Part shown: one piece after another, positions 18,397 through 28,050 of the stretch
Position numbering within the stretch: position 1 is the stretch's first letter
Layout of the letters: every line of letters begins with the position of its first letter
NCBI GenBank assembly: GCA_963578565.1
Contig: CAUZCX010000002.1
Location: forward strand, 1-55,113
DNA: 55,113 nt
Source: Anaerolineae bacterium
GTDB lineage: Bacteria; Chloroflexota; Anaerolineae; Anaerolineales; UBA11657
Direction of reading: 5' to 3'
The notes under the pieces: model-generated
Database searches by the model: none
Told to the model about the DNA's origin: nothing
Seen by the model: the letters and a program-made list of their open reading frames with translations, nothing else
Position numbers and translations under genes: made by a program

Positions 18397-20874
18397 ATGG
18401 AAACAAAAAAGCACATCTCTGAAACGGATATTCAGGAGCGCGACATGCGTACCGAGCCCGAGATAGAGAATGACGCTCACCTGCGATCAGTAACGAAACT
18501 GACAGGGAATGCACGGGTGGTGCTTGAGAAGCGCTACCTGCGCCGCGGCGATGACGGCCAACCAGTTGAGACCGTGGAGGAAATGTTCTGGCGCGTGGCG
18601 TACAACGTGGCTCTAGCGGAAAGGGATTTTGATGGCGACCCGGGTTCGGTCGCGGAGGAATTCTATGAAGTATTGACCGACCTGCGGTTCCTGCCGAACT
18701 CGCCGACATTTACCGGTGCGGGCACCCCTCTGGGACAACTGGCTGCCTGTTTTGTGCTCCCCATCTCAGATGATATGGGGAGAGACTCGGCCGGTATTTT
18801 CCAGACGTTACGGGATGCAGCCCTCATTCAGCAGACGGGCGGCGGCAACGGGTTCTCCTTCTCCGATCTGCGGGCAAAGGGCTCCATGGTTAAAACGTCT
18901 GCAGGCGAGGCTACCGGGCCGGTCGGTTTTTTGCGTGTGTATGACCGCGCTTTCGGAGAAATAGCTCAGGGGGGCACGCGCCGAGGCGCAAACATGGCGG
19001 TGTTGCGTGTTGACCATCCTGATATTCGCGATTTTATCACCTGTAAGATTGATGAGAACCAGATAACCAATTTCAACATCTCCGTGGGTGTTACGGACGA
19101 ATTCATGCGGGCAGTGCAAGATGATACTCTCTTCGATCTGCACTGTCCGCAGACCGGCGAGACAACGGAAACCCTGCCGGCGCGCGAGCTGTTTAGCATG
19201 ATTGTGCAGTACGCTCATCACAACGGGGAGCCAGGCATGCTTTTTCTGGATGCCGCCAACCGGCAAAACCCGCTGCCGCATTTGTACCAGCTAGAGGCCA
19301 CCAATCCGTGTGGGGAACAGTATCTGGGCCCGTACGAAAACTGCTGTCTCGGATCAATTAATCTGGCGCAACATTACGGTGTGGACGGCGCAGTGGATTG
19401 GGAAAAACTAGAATCCACCGTACAGTCATCCACACGTTTTCTCGACAACGTGGTGACGGCGAACGCTTATGTTCCTCATGTGCCGCAATTGCATGAAGCC
19501 GCGGTGCGCGCGCGTCGCATAGGTCTAGGTATCATGGGGTTGGGGGATCTGATGTACCACGGCGGCATCCGTTACGGCTCTACGCATGCCCAGGAGTTCG
19601 CGGGACAGGTGATGGAATTCGTGCGCTATCACTGTATGCGCTCCAGCATTGATCTGGCCACGCATCGCGGGTCCTTCGAGGCCATCCGGGGAAGCATCTA
19701 CGACCCGGAGAACCTTATCTGGAGACCACCGCAGCCACTTAAGCCGTACGAAATGGACTTTGGTCGTCCTCAGTTGGATTGGAGCACAATCACAACCGGA
19801 ATCCGCGAAAATGGTCTGCGTAATGCCGCTCAGACCACTATCGCCCCCACCGGCACAATCGCCACAGTGGCTGGGTGCGAGGCCTACGGGTGCGAGCCGG
19901 CTTTCGCGCTGGCGTATGTGCGTCATGTCAACGACAATGGCCGCGACCTGCAGCTGGAATACACGAGCCCGCTCTTTGAAAATGCACTGATTTCATACGG
20001 CGTTGACAAACAACAGCGCACCGAAATCATCAAGGAGGTTATGCAGTCCGGTTCGTGTCAGCAGGTCGATGCGGTGCCGGAACAAGTTCGGGACACTTTC
20101 GTTGTCTCTCAGGACATCACCGCAGAACAACACGTGCGCATGCAGGCAAGTCTGCAGGCGTTCGTGGACAACAGTCTTTCGAAAACGTGTAATTTCCCCG
20201 CGGACGCCACTGAAACCGACGTGGCGGATGCTTACAATTTGGGCTGGTCGCTGGGCTGTAAAGGTCTGACGGTGTACGTAACTGGAAGCCGGAAGAAAGT
20301 GGTGCTAGAGACAAAGGCTACGGCTGGTGGCACGGAGGGCGCCACACCGGAACTAAAGCAACTTTTCCATGAAACTAAAAAACCGCGGCCAACGAGGTTG
20401 CGTGGCTCTACCTATCTGGTGGACACGCCGATGGGCAAGTCGTATGTCACCGTTAACGAAAACGGAGGTCGAGATCCCTTCGAGGTTTTCATCAGCACTG
20501 CTAAGGCCGGTAGCGAAACATCGGCAATATCGGAGGCGATTGGGCGGCTGATATCCTACGTGTTGCGCATTTCCTCCCCGATTGTGCCACGTGAGCGGTT
20601 ACAAGAAGCGGTGCGCCAATTGGAGGGAATAGGTGGCGGGCGCTCTCTGGGTTTCGGACCCAACAGAGTGCGGTCATTACCAGACGGGGTGGCGCGGGCA
20701 CTACGCGGTTATCTGAATGATAATGTGGAAAACGATCCTATGGAGGCACTGTACTCTGATGAGGGACAACTCTCTTTTCGCTTTGGGTCCCTCTGCCCTG
20801 ATTGCGGTGAAGCGGCTGTCGTGAATGAGGAAGGCTGCCGCAAATGTTACGCTTGCGGTTTCAGTGAATGCTGA
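18397..20874 (+). CDS. nrdJ: Class II (adenosylcobalamin-dependent) ribonucleoside reductase
   Basis: 825 aa. Active-site stretch [23 protein letters not shown]-terminal CPDCG...CRKCYACG redox/zinc-ribbon tail. Directly downstream of nrdR. Confidence 0.88.
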   Translation: METKKHISETDIQERDMRTEPEIENDAHLRSVTKLTGNARVVLEKRYLRRGDDGQPVETVEEMFWRVAYNVALAERDFDGDPGSVAEEFYEVLTDLRFLPNSPTFTGAGTPLGQLAACFVLPISDDMGRDSAGIFQTLRDAALIQQTGGGNGFSFSDLRAKGSMVKTSAGEATGPVGFLRVYDRAFGEIAQGGTRRGANMAVLRVDHPDIRDFITCKIDENQITNFNISVGVTDEFMRAVQDDTLFDLHCPQTGETTETLPARELFSMIVQYAHHNGEPGMLFLDAANRQNPLPHLYQLEATNPCGEQYLGPYENCCLGSINLAQHYGVDGAVDWEKLESTVQSSTRFLDNVVTANAYVPHVPQLHEAAVRARRIGLGIMGLGDLMYHGGIRYGSTHAQEFAGQVMEFVRYHCMRSSIDLATHRGSFEAIRGSIYDPENLIWRPPQPLKPYEMDFGRPQLDWSTITTGIRENGLRNAAQTTIAPTGTIATVAGCEAYGCEPAFALAYVRHVNDNGRDLQLEYTSPLFENALISYGVDKQQRTEIIKEVMQSGSCQQVDAVPEQVRDTFVVSQDITAEQHVRMQASLQAFVDNSLSKTCNFPADATETDVADAYNLGWSLGCKGLTVYVTGSRKKVVLETKATAGGTEGATPELKQLFHETKKPRPTRLRGSTYLVDTPMGKSYVTVNENGGRDPFEVFISTAKAGSETSAISEAIGRLISYVLRISSPIVPRERLQEAVRQLEGIGGGRSLGFGPNRVRSLPDGVARALRGYLNDNVENDPMEALYSDEGQLSFRFGSLCPDCGEAAVVNEEGCRKCYACGFSEC

Positions 20875-20990
20875 CAACCCCGTAGCGCGACTCGCACAAT
20901 AACACGCCAAAAACTCTGTTGGGGGATGGTGTGCCTTTAGTCACGTAGGCTCATCCCGTTTGTGTTCGTGTGCGAGCTCACATCTATCTA

Positions 20991-21818
20991 TTAGTTGTCC
21001 CGCAGAGCTACGAATTCGAAAGTGATGTCGACGTCGTTTTCGGCATCAATCAGACCGGCCACTGTCGGTGGCTCGAAACCGAAATCCGTCATTTGTACGC
21101 GAGCGACCGCTTCTCCAGTCAGACGTTCTCCTTCCCAGCTGACGCTAACCGTGAAAACCGTCGCGAGGCTGATATCTCGCACCAGCAAATCGCCGGACAT
21201 TTCAAAGTCTATTACTTCTCCGGGTGTGTAACTCTGCGGTAGGCCGCGCAGTTCGGTGGGCGAGAAAACCGCCAGGGGGAATTTGGTGCTCTGCAGCCAG
21301 CGATCGCGGATGGCCTTATCACGGCGAGATTTGTCGCTTTGGAAGGCGCTGATATCAATCGTGATTTCTCCGACGGTACTTGCGGCTGGATTATTAGAAT
21401 CCAACATGATTTCGCCTGACACGACGCTTGTCCTCCCCACGGCGTAATTGTAGCGATTGCCCTCGCTGAGAAAGGTTTCTCCCACACCGTAGGATATGTT
21501 GGACTGATCTGGGTCGATCACGAAGCGAGTGGGCACGGAATCGGCAGTGGGCGCAGCGGTCGGCGGATGCGGGGATGGGTTGGCTGACACGGAAGTTGGG
21601 TCTGGCGCAGTTGGACTTGGGGGAACCGGAGAGTAGGTTGGCTGTGGCGGTGCTGTGGAGGTTTCCGCGATAGTCGCTGTCGCCGTGTCTGCTATCTCAG
21701 CCGGTATTGCGCCTGATGGCTCTGGCACTGCCGCTGGAGTGCAGGCGGACACAGTGACGGCCAGTAAACATGCCACTCGGATCCTGATGCACGATTTACG
21801 GTCTACTATTAACCACAT
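20991..21818 (-). CDS. YceI-like (polyisoprenoid-binding family) lipoprotein with a Pro/Thr/Ser-rich linker
   Basis: I place the start at ATG 21818 (MWLIVDRKSC...LLAVTVSAC lipobox), not 22199. The longer ORF would overlap the divergent + strand gene and its promoter. The C-terminal 170 aa look YceI-like (FVIDPDQSNISYGV, GEITIDISAFQSDKSRRD). Confidence 0.65.
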   Translation of the reverse strand: MWLIVDRKSCIRIRVACLLAVTVSACTPAAVPEPSGAIPAEIADTATATIAETSTAPPQPTYSPVPPSPTAPDPTSVSANPSPHPPTAAPTADSVPTRFVIDPDQSNISYGVGETFLSEGNRYNYAVGRTSVVSGEIMLDSNNPAASTVGEITIDISAFQSDKSRRDKAIRDRWLQSTKFPLAVFSPTELRGLPQSYTPGEVIDFEMSGDLLVRDISLATVFTVSVSWEGERLTGEAVARVQMTDFGFEPPTVAGLIDAENDVDITFEFVALRDN

Positions 21819-21824
21819 GAAATA

Positions 21825-21830
21825 ATTATA
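21825..21830 (-). promoter_or_regulatory. Candidate -10 box (TATAAT) 6 nt upstream of the YceI-like ATG, giving a leaderless-type arrangement
   Basis: Perfect TATAAT on the - strand. No SD lies between it and ATG 21818. Confidence 0.3.
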
Positions 21831-21880
21831 CACATTCTCATTGGACAATGGTTGTTCGTAACGTCCCTGCACTGGCGCGG

Positions 21881-21889
21881 TGATATAAT
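21881..21889 (+). promoter_or_regulatory. Candidate extended -10 box (TGaTATAAT) 11 nt upstream of ATG 21901
   Basis: TGnTATAAT match. No SD in the 11 nt before the start codon, which implies a near-leaderless transcript. Confidence 0.3.
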
Positions 21890-21900
21890 CGCCGCGGCCT

Positions 21901-23535
21901 ATGGATCCTTTCACTCCAATTTTCCTCTTACTTCTGGGCGCTTTGGCCATTTTCGTGGGTGGTTCGCGCTCGTTCAGGGTTAACGGGATGGCTGCGCTAG
22001 CGACCGCGTTTTTCGCTGTAATTGTTACGGTGCTGCTCGGGTTCCGCCTTCCGGTTGTGGTCGTGCTATCGCGCTGGCAGTCTGAACCAACTTTTGGGGA
22101 TTCGTTACGGTTAGTGGCAGACGGTGCGTCATGGTTGGTTGCGCTGGCGTTGCTAATCGCTCTGTTGGCCGCCTGTCTGGTCGGCCTTTCTGGTCGCACT
22201 GAACAGACCGGTCTACATCATGCCAGCAGTTTGCTGGTGATTGCCTGCGCGCTGGTGGCGGTTTTCGCTGATAATTTGATGACACTGGCAATGGCTTGGG
22301 TCGCCCTTGATTTGGTGATCTATTGCTCGCTTGTGTTGGTGCGAGGCGAGAGCCGGGCAGTCGCCGAATTCAGTGTGAGAATTTTGGCGATCGTGCTCGT
22401 GATAGCGGCGGCGCTGGTGGGCGTGGAATCCGGGGAGATGCCTGTACTAAGTGGCGGCCAGCTGTCAACCCAGAGTGTTATATTACTCATGGTGGCCGTC
22501 ATGCTGCGTCTAGGTCTTTATCCTGTGCACGTAGGTGCAAGACGTGTCGTCGAGTCGCACCAGGTGGTGGTGGAGATTGAGAGCGTAACATGGTTGGCCG
22601 CTTGGGCGGTGTCTGTGGACCTGCTTAGTGTGCTGGCGTCACAGCCTCAGGTGTTGCCACTGCGCATATGGTTGACCGTGGCGGCGCTAGCATCTGGGCT
22701 GCTGGGCAGTTGGAGATGGTACTCGGCAAGCCGACCGCGAGAGCAACTGAAGCACATGTTTATGGCTCAGGCTGGTGTGATTGTGCTCACGTTTCTATGG
22801 GGCGGCGAGTGGGCGGTAGCTGGGGTAATTGCACGGGGACTGTCGGTTCTGCTCGCCGGGTCGGTGCTATTGCTCTGCAGGGGAAACGTGGCCTCCGCGC
22901 GCGGTTCGGCGCTAAATCCGTTACTGGCAGTGCCCGTGCTGGGTAGTTTGCCATTGACGGTGGGATTTGTGGGTGCGCTGGTGCTTTATTCCGGGCTGCT
23001 GCGAGCCGGGATGTGGCTACTAGTACTGCCAGTAGTGGTTGTTATAGAGGCGATGCTGATAGCAGGGGCTTTTCGGTTAGCTCTTTTTGCGGGGCGGGGC
23101 CCGCCGACGCAAGCACCATTTGCCAGGGCAGGCTATCAGCTGGGTTTGACAATCCCGGCTGCAGCGGCCGTTCTGGCCGGTCTCGCCCCAGATCAACTGG
23201 GCGCAATTGCGGGAGTGGCGGATATGCCGGGCTGGTTCGGAATGCTCACACCGGGCGGGTTCAGCGCCCTCGGCAGCACGCTGCTAGCAGGTGGCATCGG
23301 CGCCGGCATTTGGTCTTTCAGGGAGCAACTGCAAACGCGCACGGCCGGGGCCTCAATCCCTCGTTTGGGGCTGCTTTCAATGTTTGAGCTGCGATGGATG
23401 CATACTGCAACATGGACTCTGTACCGATGGGTTGCTCGCGTAATGCGCGCGGCCGCCTTGGTTCTGGAAGGGCATGGCGGCGTCCTGTGGGCGCTAGTGC
23501 TGGTAACTATCGTGTGGCTGGCTCTGGGGGGCTGA
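21901..23535 (+). CDS. Polytopic membrane protein, distant NuoL/M/N-MrpA/D (proton-conducting antiporter-like) family
   Basis: 544 aa with about 14 hydrophobic segments. Weak family landmarks: SLRLVADGASWLVAL, NLMTLAMAWVALDLVIY, LGLYPVH. Confidence 0.55.
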   Translation: MDPFTPIFLLLLGALAIFVGGSRSFRVNGMAALATAFFAVIVTVLLGFRLPVVVVLSRWQSEPTFGDSLRLVADGASWLVALALLIALLAACLVGLSGRTEQTGLHHASSLLVIACALVAVFADNLMTLAMAWVALDLVIYCSLVLVRGESRAVAEFSVRILAIVLVIAAALVGVESGEMPVLSGGQLSTQSVILLMVAVMLRLGLYPVHVGARRVVESHQVVVEIESVTWLAAWAVSVDLLSVLASQPQVLPLRIWLTVAALASGLLGSWRWYSASRPREQLKHMFMAQAGVIVLTFLWGGEWAVAGVIARGLSVLLAGSVLLLCRGNVASARGSALNPLLAVPVLGSLPLTVGFVGALVLYSGLLRAGMWLLVLPVVVVIEAMLIAGAFRLALFAGRGPPTQAPFARAGYQLGLTIPAAAAVLAGLAPDQLGAIAGVADMPGWFGMLTPGGFSALGSTLLAGGIGAGIWSFREQLQTRTAGASIPRLGLLSMFELRWMHTATWTLYRWVARVMRAAALVLEGHGGVLWALVLVTIVWLALGG

Positions 23536-23536
23536 C

Positions 23537-24196
23537 ATGCTGGCCACAACAGATATGATCCCTCTACTGGCTTACTGGGCTGGAACGCCTGCAGTCGCTG
23601 CGGTCTTCGTCACAGCGGCTATTCTGGTGATCGCAGAAGATCTGCGCGTGCTGGTGTTTGCACTGGCGGCGCAATATCTATTCGTCGGGCTGCTTTATAC
23701 TCACGTGCTTGCCCCGCAGGTTGCGGGTATCAAGATAACGTCTGGGCTTATTGTCTGGCTAATTGTTTTCTTTTCTGCACATCAACATGGATGGAGGCCG
23801 GCTTCGGCGATATCAGGGGCGCCCGCCAGATGGGTCTTACCCGTGCGCGCTCGTTTTCGAGTGTGTGCTGTGATTCTTGCCACACTAATAGGCTGGAAAC
23901 TTGCGACTCCGGGCGTGCTGCCTTTTCCTGTGGCATCCGAACATGTCACCCTCGGCGCGTTGCAGCTGATATGTCAGGGTTTGCTGCTGCTGGGTCTGAC
24001 TTCTCGGCCGCTAAAAACCGGTCTTGGGATACTGACATTTTTAAGCGGATTTGGTCTGCTCTACTCTGGCGTTGAACCGGCCCTCATGGTGGTCGGTGTG
24101 CTGGCGGCGGTGGACGTTGCCGTTGCGCTCGCCATCAGCTATCTTGCTGCGGTGCATGTGTCCTCCGGCAGTGTCGCGGAATCGGCCAGGCGATGA
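23537..24196 (+). CDS. Six-to-seven-TM membrane protein (HyfE/NuoK-like by size and position only)
   Basis: 219 aa and entirely hydrophobic. Starts 1 nt after the previous stop and overlaps the next gene by ATGA. Confidence 0.45.
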   Translation: MLATTDMIPLLAYWAGTPAVAAVFVTAAILVIAEDLRVLVFALAAQYLFVGLLYTHVLAPQVAGIKITSGLIVWLIVFFSAHQHGWRPASAISGAPARWVLPVRARFRVCAVILATLIGWKLATPGVLPFPVASEHVTLGALQLICQGLLLLGLTSRPLKTGLGILTFLSGFGLLYSGVEPALMVVGVLAAVDVAVALAISYLAAVHVSSGSVAESARR

Positions 24197-25605
24197 GTTT
24201 GCCGCTGCTACTTATGGCTTTGCCGATGGTGACGGCGGTGTTGACATACAACCTGCGCCGCTGGCTCTGGTTTCAGGTGCTCCTTGCGGTAGGCACAGCG
24301 ATGGCTCTTATCGTGCTGGTGCAGGTATCGCCGGTGGACCAGATGGTGGTTGTTGCGGGGCGTGATGTACTCCTGCGATCTTCATGGGAAGTACTCGGGC
24401 GCTCATTCACCTTTGTGTCCTCTGATCGTCCGCTGCTCACATTCCTTTTTTCGGCAGCGCTGCTCTTTTTTCTCGCGGCTGGCGCGGCGCGAGCGCCTGC
24501 ACTGTTTTTACCGGTTGGTCTGGGCCTACTGCTGCTCATGGAGGCCACAGTGTTCGTGCAGCCTTTCGTGTATGCGGCGCTTTTCCTCGAATTGATAGCA
24601 GCCGTGGCTGCGTTTATGCTTGCGGATCGCGTGTACGCGCGTACTGATGGCGCGCTTCGCTATCTGGTGTTTGTCAGTCTAGGGGTGCCGTTCATTCTGC
24701 TCGCGGGTTGGCAGCTGGAGGTGCATCAAGTCAGCCCTGATGATGCGCTGCCTCTGGCGCGGGCCACGTGGATGCTAGCGGTCGGATTCATGATAATTCT
24801 TGCGGTGGCACCTTTCCATTCGTGGGTGGCGATGGTGGCACGCCATTCACCACCACTAGCGGCGGGGTTCGTGCTGACGGTCGTGCAGGCCGTGGTGGCC
24901 TTTTTCCTGATGGATACGCTAGCGCAATTTGACTGGCTGCGCGCGAACGCAAATTTTTTTCTGGCACTGCGTTTGGGCGGGATGGCCATGGCTGCGTTTG
25001 GTGCTGTATTCGCGTTTGGGCAGCGCAGCCTCGGTGGGTTGATGGGTTATTCGGTGCTGATCGACTGGGGGGCCACTTTATTGGCGATTGGGTTGGGTAC
25101 GCCCGAAAGCATTGCGGTGGCTGCGATGCTGATAGTGGTGCGTGTCCTAGCGCTAGTAGTGTGGGGTGTTGGCGCAGGTGTGCTGGTGGGACCGTTTGGT
25201 GATGATTACGAGAATATGCGTGGGCGTGCCCGGAATCACCCGTTCGCTATGGTGGCCGTTTTCGCTGGTGGCCTTTCGCTGTCTGCGATGCCGCTCATGG
25301 CTGGTTTTCCAGGTAGATGGGCGCTTTTCAGCATGCTATCTGGCGCACACACTGGTTATGCAATCGGCCTGCTAATCGCTGGGACTAGCTCGTGGTTGGG
25401 TTACGCCCGGGCACTGTGCATTATTTTGCGTCGGTCAGAATCGCAAGACGAGCAGAGTTATTACGCTGGTGCGGAGGAAGATCCGTTGACCATTGTCTTC
25501 GCCGTGCCCGGGGTGTTGCTGCTGCTCTGGGTAGGACTTGCGCCACAGTTGCTCTCGCGGATGGCGCAGCGCATAGTCGAGAACCTGGCGCAGCTGCTTG
25601 CATGA
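24193..25605 (+). CDS. NuoN/MrpD-like antiporter-type membrane subunit
   Basis: 470 aa. Landmarks LFLELIAAVAAFML, AVAPFHSWVAMVARHSPPLAAGF, GYSVLIDWG and LSLSAMPLMAGFPGRWALF match the PF00361-type pattern as I remember it. Confidence 0.65.
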   Translation: MSLPLLLMALPMVTAVLTYNLRRWLWFQVLLAVGTAMALIVLVQVSPVDQMVVVAGRDVLLRSSWEVLGRSFTFVSSDRPLLTFLFSAALLFFLAAGAARAPALFLPVGLGLLLLMEATVFVQPFVYAALFLELIAAVAAFMLADRVYARTDGALRYLVFVSLGVPFILLAGWQLEVHQVSPDDALPLARATWMLAVGFMIILAVAPFHSWVAMVARHSPPLAAGFVLTVVQAVVAFFLMDTLAQFDWLRANANFFLALRLGGMAMAAFGAVFAFGQRSLGGLMGYSVLIDWGATLLAIGLGTPESIAVAAMLIVVRVLALVVWGVGAGVLVGPFGDDYENMRGRARNHPFAMVAVFAGGLSLSAMPLMAGFPGRWALFSMLSGAHTGYAIGLLIAGTSSWLGYARALCIILRRSESQDEQSYYAGAEEDPLTIVFAVPGVLLLLWVGLAPQLLSRMAQRIVENLAQLLA

Positions 25606-25611
25606 AACTGG

Positions 25612-26829
25612 TCAGCCGCGCGCGCGCCGATACACTTTCTGCAGGCGGGGCACAATTGCGGACCACTGGTACCTGGATTCCACAAAACTGCGGCCGGCCT
25701 CGCCGAGGCGAGCGCGGGCCTGTGCGTCATCTAAAAGAGAGCAGATAGCGCTGACTTGCTCGCTGGGAGAGTCGGCGAGCAACAACTCGCTCCCATCGGT
25801 GACGGGAAACCCCTCTGCTCCGATTGTTGTGCTGACTATAGGCCGCCGGAGTGCCATTGCCTCCAGTATTTTAAAACGAGTACCGCCGCCCATGCGCAGT
25901 GGGGCTAGGAATACTGTCGCGGCGGCAATCATCGGACGCACGTCTGGCATTGATCTGGTCACTATTATGGCTGGATCATGCGCCAGCCGATTTATGGCGG
26001 GTACGGGCGCTTTTCCCACTATAACGAACGTGGCCTCTGCGTGAAATTTCCGCACGCGAGGCAGAATCTCTCGCGCGAACCAGAGCACCGCATCGACGTT
26101 TGGACGGTAATCCATCTTTCCGCTGAAAACCAGCGCCGGTGCTGGCAGCACGGCGGGTTGCACGTCCACGGGATATTGACTGAGAAATATCCCGTTGGGC
26201 AGCAGGACCGGCTGTAGCGCGGGCAGCGGTCGGCTAAGCGCGGCACAATCCTCTTCTGAAACGCAAAGCACCACATCGGCCTGCGCGCATGTTTGGCGCT
26301 CTAGGAGAGCCAGTCGTGGAACCTGCAGGCGAGAATATAACGCGGCTAACCATCGGCGGGGCTGTAGGCGGTCGGTCTGGTATGCGCGGTGCTGAATTAC
26401 TGTCTCCGCGTTGTGTGCGTCGTAGATTAGTAGTGAGGTTGATGCATCCCTGCGCTGCGCGACAATCTGCTGCAGGTACGGACCCATCTCGAGGCCTTCT
26501 ACGTGGATGGCATCAAAAGTTTCAGATTTGAGTAAATTCTGGAGTCGGACAGAAAATTCTGGGCTAGCGAGACGGTCTGCCATGTCTGCTCGGGATGATC
26601 CTAGTACGGTTGCCATTCGCTGCGCGCTCGTACGTACAGGAGGGCTGGTAATGCTGACTGTGGCGCAGCAATCAAGCAATTCTGACGGTATCTGATCCAT
26701 CCGTTTAGCGAAAGTGAGGAGCGAGATACGGTGTTGTTTTGCAAGGCTGGAAACCAATCCCCAATTGCGTATAGCCGCACCATGGTCGGGTGGGAAAGGG
26801 GGTGTGGGTGTAAGAAAAAGAAGCTTCAT
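25612..26829 (-). CDS. Glycosyltransferase, GT-B fold (GT4-like)
   Basis: N-terminal MKLLFLTPTPPFPPDHGAAIRN. C-terminal GGTRFKILEAMALRRPIVSTTIGAEG (E-x7-E region). Confidence 0.8.
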   Translation of the reverse strand: MKLLFLTPTPPFPPDHGAAIRNWGLVSSLAKQHRISLLTFAKRMDQIPSELLDCCATVSITSPPVRTSAQRMATVLGSSRADMADRLASPEFSVRLQNLLKSETFDAIHVEGLEMGPYLQQIVAQRRDASTSLLIYDAHNAETVIQHRAYQTDRLQPRRWLAALYSRLQVPRLALLERQTCAQADVVLCVSEEDCAALSRPLPALQPVLLPNGIFLSQYPVDVQPAVLPAPALVFSGKMDYRPNVDAVLWFAREILPRVRKFHAEATFVIVGKAPVPAINRLAHDPAIIVTRSMPDVRPMIAAATVFLAPLRMGGGTRFKILEAMALRRPIVSTTIGAEGFPVTDGSELLLADSPSEQVSAICSLLDDAQARARLGEAGRSFVESRYQWSAIVPRLQKVYRRARG

Positions 26830-27947
26830 GTCGACTTAGGCTGGTCGAGTACGCGGCGATAAATTTCTAGCGTTTGAGCGCAAGACGTTTCCCAGGAAAA
26901 CTCGCGTGCGCGCTGTAATCCCTTCTGCTCGAGCGAAACGCGCATCTCGTCGTCAAAAAGGATACGTGACATGGCGTCGGTGATGGATTCGGGATGGTCG
27001 GGCTCGCACGTGAGAGCGGCGCCCCCGGCTATTTCGGGCAGCGAGGCACGGTCGGATATGATTGTTGCCGTTCCACAGGACATTGCCTCGAGCACTGGGA
27101 ACCCGAAGCCTTCGTAGTGCGATGGGAGGATTAGCGCTATTGCACCGGAATATAGCGCGGGCATGTCTGCGGGCGGGAAGCTGCTTCGAAAAGTAACATC
27201 GCTGCGTAATCTCAGTTCGTCGAGTAATGTGTTGGTGTTTTCGAACAGCCATCCGGGGTTTCCCACCAGCAACAACGGGGGTGTATCTGCGTGGCTGGCA
27301 CGCAGCTCTGCGTAGGCATGCAGAAGGGTGGGTATGTTCTTACGTGGCTCGAACGTGCCCACAAAAAGGAGATAATGTCGCGGAAGTTCCAACCGAGCAC
27401 ATGTGGACGCAACGACTTCTTCGGGCTGTGGGTAAAAGCGCTCATCCACGGCGAGGTGCACGGTGGTGACCTTATCAGGATGCACTCGTAGCAATTCAAG
27501 TACGTCACTGCGCGTTGCGTTCGAGTCCACCAGAATCGCATCGGCGCGCCTCACGGCAGCCTTAATCTGACGGTTATAGTAGTGGTGACTCTCAGGGGTG
27601 AGAAAGTTCGGGAAGCGCAAAAAAGTAAGGTCGTGGATGGTGATGACCGAATGCCACGCTCCACCGTGCGGGGCTATGAAATCAGGGGAGTGCAGCATAT
27701 GCACCCTCCTCGGCAGCAGTTCGATAGTGAGTGTGCCGCGTTCGAGGGGATGATGCGCTGGCGTAAAGCACTTAACCACGCGTGCGTTAGCAGGAACCGG
27801 CAACGGTTTGGCAGCTTTGCGGGCGTGCAGTATTAAGTAATCGTTCTGTCTGTCCAGTGCAGGCAAACGCCCGGCCAGCTGGCGAATGTATTCGGTGATG
27901 CCGCCGCTGCTATAGTGGGTGAGGCGTGCGTCGAGCGCGATTCGCAT
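26826..27947 (-). CDS. Glycosyltransferase, GT-B fold (GT4-like)
   Basis: Start placed at ATG 27947 (MRIALDARLTHYSSGGI...). C-terminal PSHYEGFGFPVLEAMSCGTATIISD. The longer ORF to 28109 would cover the divergent promoter. Confidence 0.8.
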   Translation of the reverse strand: MRIALDARLTHYSSGGITEYIRQLAGRLPALDRQNDYLILHARKAAKPLPVPANARVVKCFTPAHHPLERGTLTIELLPRRVHMLHSPDFIAPHGGAWHSVITIHDLTFLRFPNFLTPESHHYYNRQIKAAVRRADAILVDSNATRSDVLELLRVHPDKVTTVHLAVDERFYPQPEEVVASTCARLELPRHYLLFVGTFEPRKNIPTLLHAYAELRASHADTPPLLLVGNPGWLFENTNTLLDELRLRSDVTFRSSFPPADMPALYSGAIALILPSHYEGFGFPVLEAMSCGTATIISDRASLPEIAGGAALTCEPDHPESITDAMSRILFDDEMRVSLEQKGLQRAREFSWETSCAQTLEIYRRVLDQPKST

Positions 27948-27996
27948 GTCGGGATGATAATAGCCGCTTGCGAGGGTGTCAAATGCCGCTCGTGGT

Positions 27997-28025
27997 TTGC
28001 TCGCGGAAGTGCATTGGCTTATAAT
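27997..28025 (+). promoter_or_regulatory. Sigma70-type promoter candidate (TTGCTC - 17 bp - TATAAT) for the coiled-coil gene
   Basis: The hexamers and the 17-bp spacer were read directly. The -10 box lies 25 nt before ATG 28051. Confidence 0.4.
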
Positions 28026-28050
28026 CTTTGGTGCCAGCGGGGAAGTCTGA

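Noticed and set aside
21540-21720. Apparent repetitive Pro/Thr/Ser/Ala-coding DNA, considered as a tandem repeat
   Set aside because: It is a low-complexity linker within the YceI-like lipoprotein (…PPQPTYSPVPPSPTAPDPTSVSANPSPHPPTAAPT…). I could not define a unit-length repeat.
21819-22199. N-terminal 127 codons of the 402-aa ORF 20991..22199
   Set aside because: The extension has no signal or domain character and would overlap the divergent membrane gene by 300 nt. An internal ATG (21818) gives a proper lipoprotein signal peptide directly behind a TATAAT box.
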